Shown here piece by piece: positions 61,206 through 64,000 of a stretch of 64,000 nucleotides of DNA. Numbering within the stretch: position 1 is the first letter of the stretch; each line of letters begins with the position of its first letter. Made by a program: the position numbers and the translations under genes. The stretch spans positions 10,602,001 through 10,666,000 of the forward strand of contig JBHGNT010000010.1 in assembly GCA_043228905.1 (NCBI GenBank). The letters are read 5' to 3'. Below the pieces are notes generated by a model. The model saw nothing but the letters and a program-made list of their open reading frames with translations, had not been told where the DNA came from and did no database searches. Source of the DNA: Azolla caroliniana. Its lineage: Eukaryota; Plantae; Polypodiophyta.

Positions 61206-64000
61206 AGAGGACTGCCAAGGCGTGGGGCCGCGACAGTCCGGATGCTCCGGGAAAACCCCACATCTGTACGATAAAACCGTGTACAATAGGTAGGAAATTT
61301 TGCTTCTCCGACAGCGGAGCATGTAAGATGGTCGGCATCACCGGCCGAGAGAAAACAAAGACGGAGGGGAGACTTCGGGCGTGCGGAGTTCTCGGCTCTG
61401 ACGAAGGAATCAACGGAGCCGTGGAGGCAGTCTCTTTCGACGACACCTTGGGAATGCTGGGGAAGGTAGTCGAAGAAGACCTTAACGAAGACCGGACGAT
61501 ACCGGTATGTTCCGAAGAAATGTACGAAGTCATCGCGGACTTCGGTCGAGGGCTCGAGTCGGAACGGACGGCCCGGGTGAGCACCAAGTACAAGACGGTG
61601 GACCGGAAGGTGAGGCCAGTTGCGGCGCCCTTACCGGAGGGCAGTGAATCCCGGATAAAAGGGGTTGCATCGGACCCCAGCTTACGAGATCGGGCCTGCA
61701 TAGGACACACCTTCACCAACGAGACGCTCCGCGAGCTGAAGATCGGTGGGGGCGGGTTCCTACTGCCGGCGGAGGAAGACCGGTTCCGGAGAATGCTCGG
61801 AAGGCACGGGAAAGCCTTCGCATTCTCGCCGGAGGAAATCGGGTGCGTGGACCCGACGATCGTAGAGCCGATGGTGATATTCACGGTACCGCATGTACCG
61901 TGGAATCTCAAGCCAATTTCGGTTCCGAGAGCTCACATCCCGAAGTTGATGGAGCTGTTGAAGCAGAAAGTTGATATGGGCATTCTCGAGCCGTCGAGCG
62001 CCCCGTATTCAAACCGCTGGTTTACCGTACCAAAGAAAAACGGATCATTGCGCTTCATTCAGGACCTGCAGCCGGTCAATAGAGTGACCATTCGGAACGC
62101 GGGGATCGGACCGACCATAGACGAGTTCGCGGAGGCCTTCGCCGGAAGGTCGATTTACTCGGTTGGTGATCTATACTCAGGGTATGACCAGTTCCAGCTA
62201 GCCGTGGAGAGCAGAGACATTACGACGATGCGAACTCCCCTCGGCCTAGTGCGGATGTGTACGCTGCCGCAAGGAGGGACCAACTCGGTGGCCCACATGG
62301 TGAATGCGATGAACAAGGTGCTGAGGGACTGCATCCCGAACATCACCATGCCGTTTCTAGACGACATCCCGATCAAGGGATGCCCGGTAGAAGAAAAGGA
62401 CGAGACGATCGGGCCGGACGGATGCCGGCGATTCGTGACGGCGCACATCGACGACTGCGAGAAGGTGCTGCAAAGGCTAGAGGAGGCGAGGCTCACCTTC
62501 TCGGGGGAGAAATCAGCCTTCGGGCAGTCGGAAATCATGGTGGTCGGACACTTATGTGGGCCATATGGCCGGAAACCGTCTCCGGCAAAGGTAGAAGCCA
62601 TCTCCGCGATGAAGCCCGACTGCAGCTCGGTCACGGAAGTGCGAAGATTCCTGGGGGCATGCGCATTCTACCACATATGGATCCCGCATTACGCCCACGT
62701 TGCGGAGCCGCTATACGGATTACTGAGGAAAGGGCGAAGATTCGAATGGCTAGACAAGCACACGGAGTCGGTCCGGAAGCTGAAGGAGGCTCTTTCGGCA
62801 GCACCGGCGCTCCGAAAGGCCGTCTACAGGAAGGGCACCCCAGTGTACATAACGGTTGACACGAGTCCGACCGGAATCGGGTGGGTCGTCAACCAAGAAG
62901 ACGAGGACGGCAATCGGTTCCCGATCCGATTCGGTGCGAAGGTCCTCAGCGAACGGCAGCGAGGATACGCCCAGGTTAAACGCGAACTCTGGGGTATCGT
63001 TTCGGCGGTGAAGGCCGACAAGGACTATCTGATCGGGACGGAGGTAATCATAGAGACAGATTGCATGCCGATTCTCGGCATGATTTCCGGATGCGCGACG
63101 CCGGACCTGGCAATGCTCAGGTGGATAGCGTATATCAAGTCCCTAGACCCGGTAATACGACACATTTCCGGGAAAGACAACGCCATGGCCGACATGCTTT
63201 CAAGGGCGAGATTCGATGACGAGGGCGGCATGGTTTCGGAGGACGAAGACGTCGGCGTGGACTTCTTCGAGATTGCGTATGTAACAACAGACGGAACAAG
63301 CACTCCGGCGCTTAACGACTTCGACGCGAGCAAGTACGACGGGGAGTGGCTGCAGATCGGTGGGTTTCTGAAGACAATGACGCCCGATGCGTCATGGACG
63401 AAGGACGAGGCCGACCGGATCCGGAAGAAAGCGTACCGGTTCTTTCTCCGGGATAGCTGTCTATGGAAGCACCCGAAGAAGAAGGACGGCGTTCCGCTCC
63501 GGGTGGTGGCGATGAAGGAAGAACAGGAGGAGCTGCTGACGGCCTACCACGACAGCCCTTGGGCTGGACACCGTGGAACATGGGCTACGTTTGAGAAACT
63601 GAAGGGGAAGTATTGGTGGCCGGGGCAGTACCAGGACGTGCATCGGTTCGTGACAACTTGCGAGAGCTGTCAGATGCACTCCACAGTCCGACATCGGGAC
63701 GAGCTTCACCCCACGTACCCTCCGACCATCCACTTCAAATGGATGGTAGATCTGGTGACGATGCCAATGGGAGTAGGACAGATGCGGTACCTGGTCCTAG
63801 CGCGGGAGGATCTGACGAACCAGGTGGAAGGCCGGGCCCTTCCGATCAAAACAACCGCGGCCGTATGCCGGTTCCTAGTCGAGGACGTGATATGCCGGTA
63901 TGGGTGCGTCGGAAAGATCGTGGCTGACCGAGGGGAGTTGGACGCCGAAGAAGCCGCAGAGCTGTTCGACCGGCTGGGAGTCAAGCTCTCGCTCACCACT
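61166..64000 (+). CDS. Gypsy 3 RT-RNase H-integrase ORF in the -1 frame (partial)
   Basis: Hand-checked open from 61166 to about 61630. Downstream motifs: KYKTVDRKVRPV, RFIQDLQPVN, DLYSGY, PFLDD, VDTSPTGIG, HDSPWAGH...CESC, WMVDLV. Its absence from the ORF track fits a frame with no stop before the window end. Confidence 0.88.

Larger units (their letters stand above)
58246..64000 (+). mobile_element. Ty3/Gypsy 3, young and GC-rich; continues beyond the right edge of the window
   Basis: LTR 58246-59035 (TGTCG...CGACA); PBS TGGTGAACCCGACGTGA at 59039-59055, matching the 3' end of plant tRNA-Trp as I recall it. Confidence 0.92.

Overview
This is eukaryotic, land-plant-type repetitive DNA. A non-seed plant such as a fern or lycophyte is my inference from the element types. 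I cannot support any ordinary host gene. Left to right: the 5' part of an L1-type LINE (minus strand) and about 4.5 kb of TG/AT-rich low-complexity DNA. Next is a complete DNA transposon at 7553-23133 with 25-bp GGG...CCC TIRs, a 4-bp ATCT target duplication and a spliced DDD transposase of Sola2 type. It carries a convergent cargo gene with a RING-H2-like and an FCP1/SCP-phosphatase-like domain, and arrays of the perfect palindrome TAGCTAATTAGCTA; a young Tnt1-like Copia is nested in it. The rest (23154-64000) is a stack of LTR retrotransposons built on one old plus-strand Copia: two solo LTRs, three more Copia elements (one with an intact 1360-aa ORF), a chromovirus with a probable self-priming site, and three successively nested Ty3/Gypsy elements. 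The youngest Gypsy appears to use a -1 frameshift after the protease. Boundaries, TSDs, PBS/PPT sites and splice sites were read by eye; family names come from recalled motifs, not database searches.
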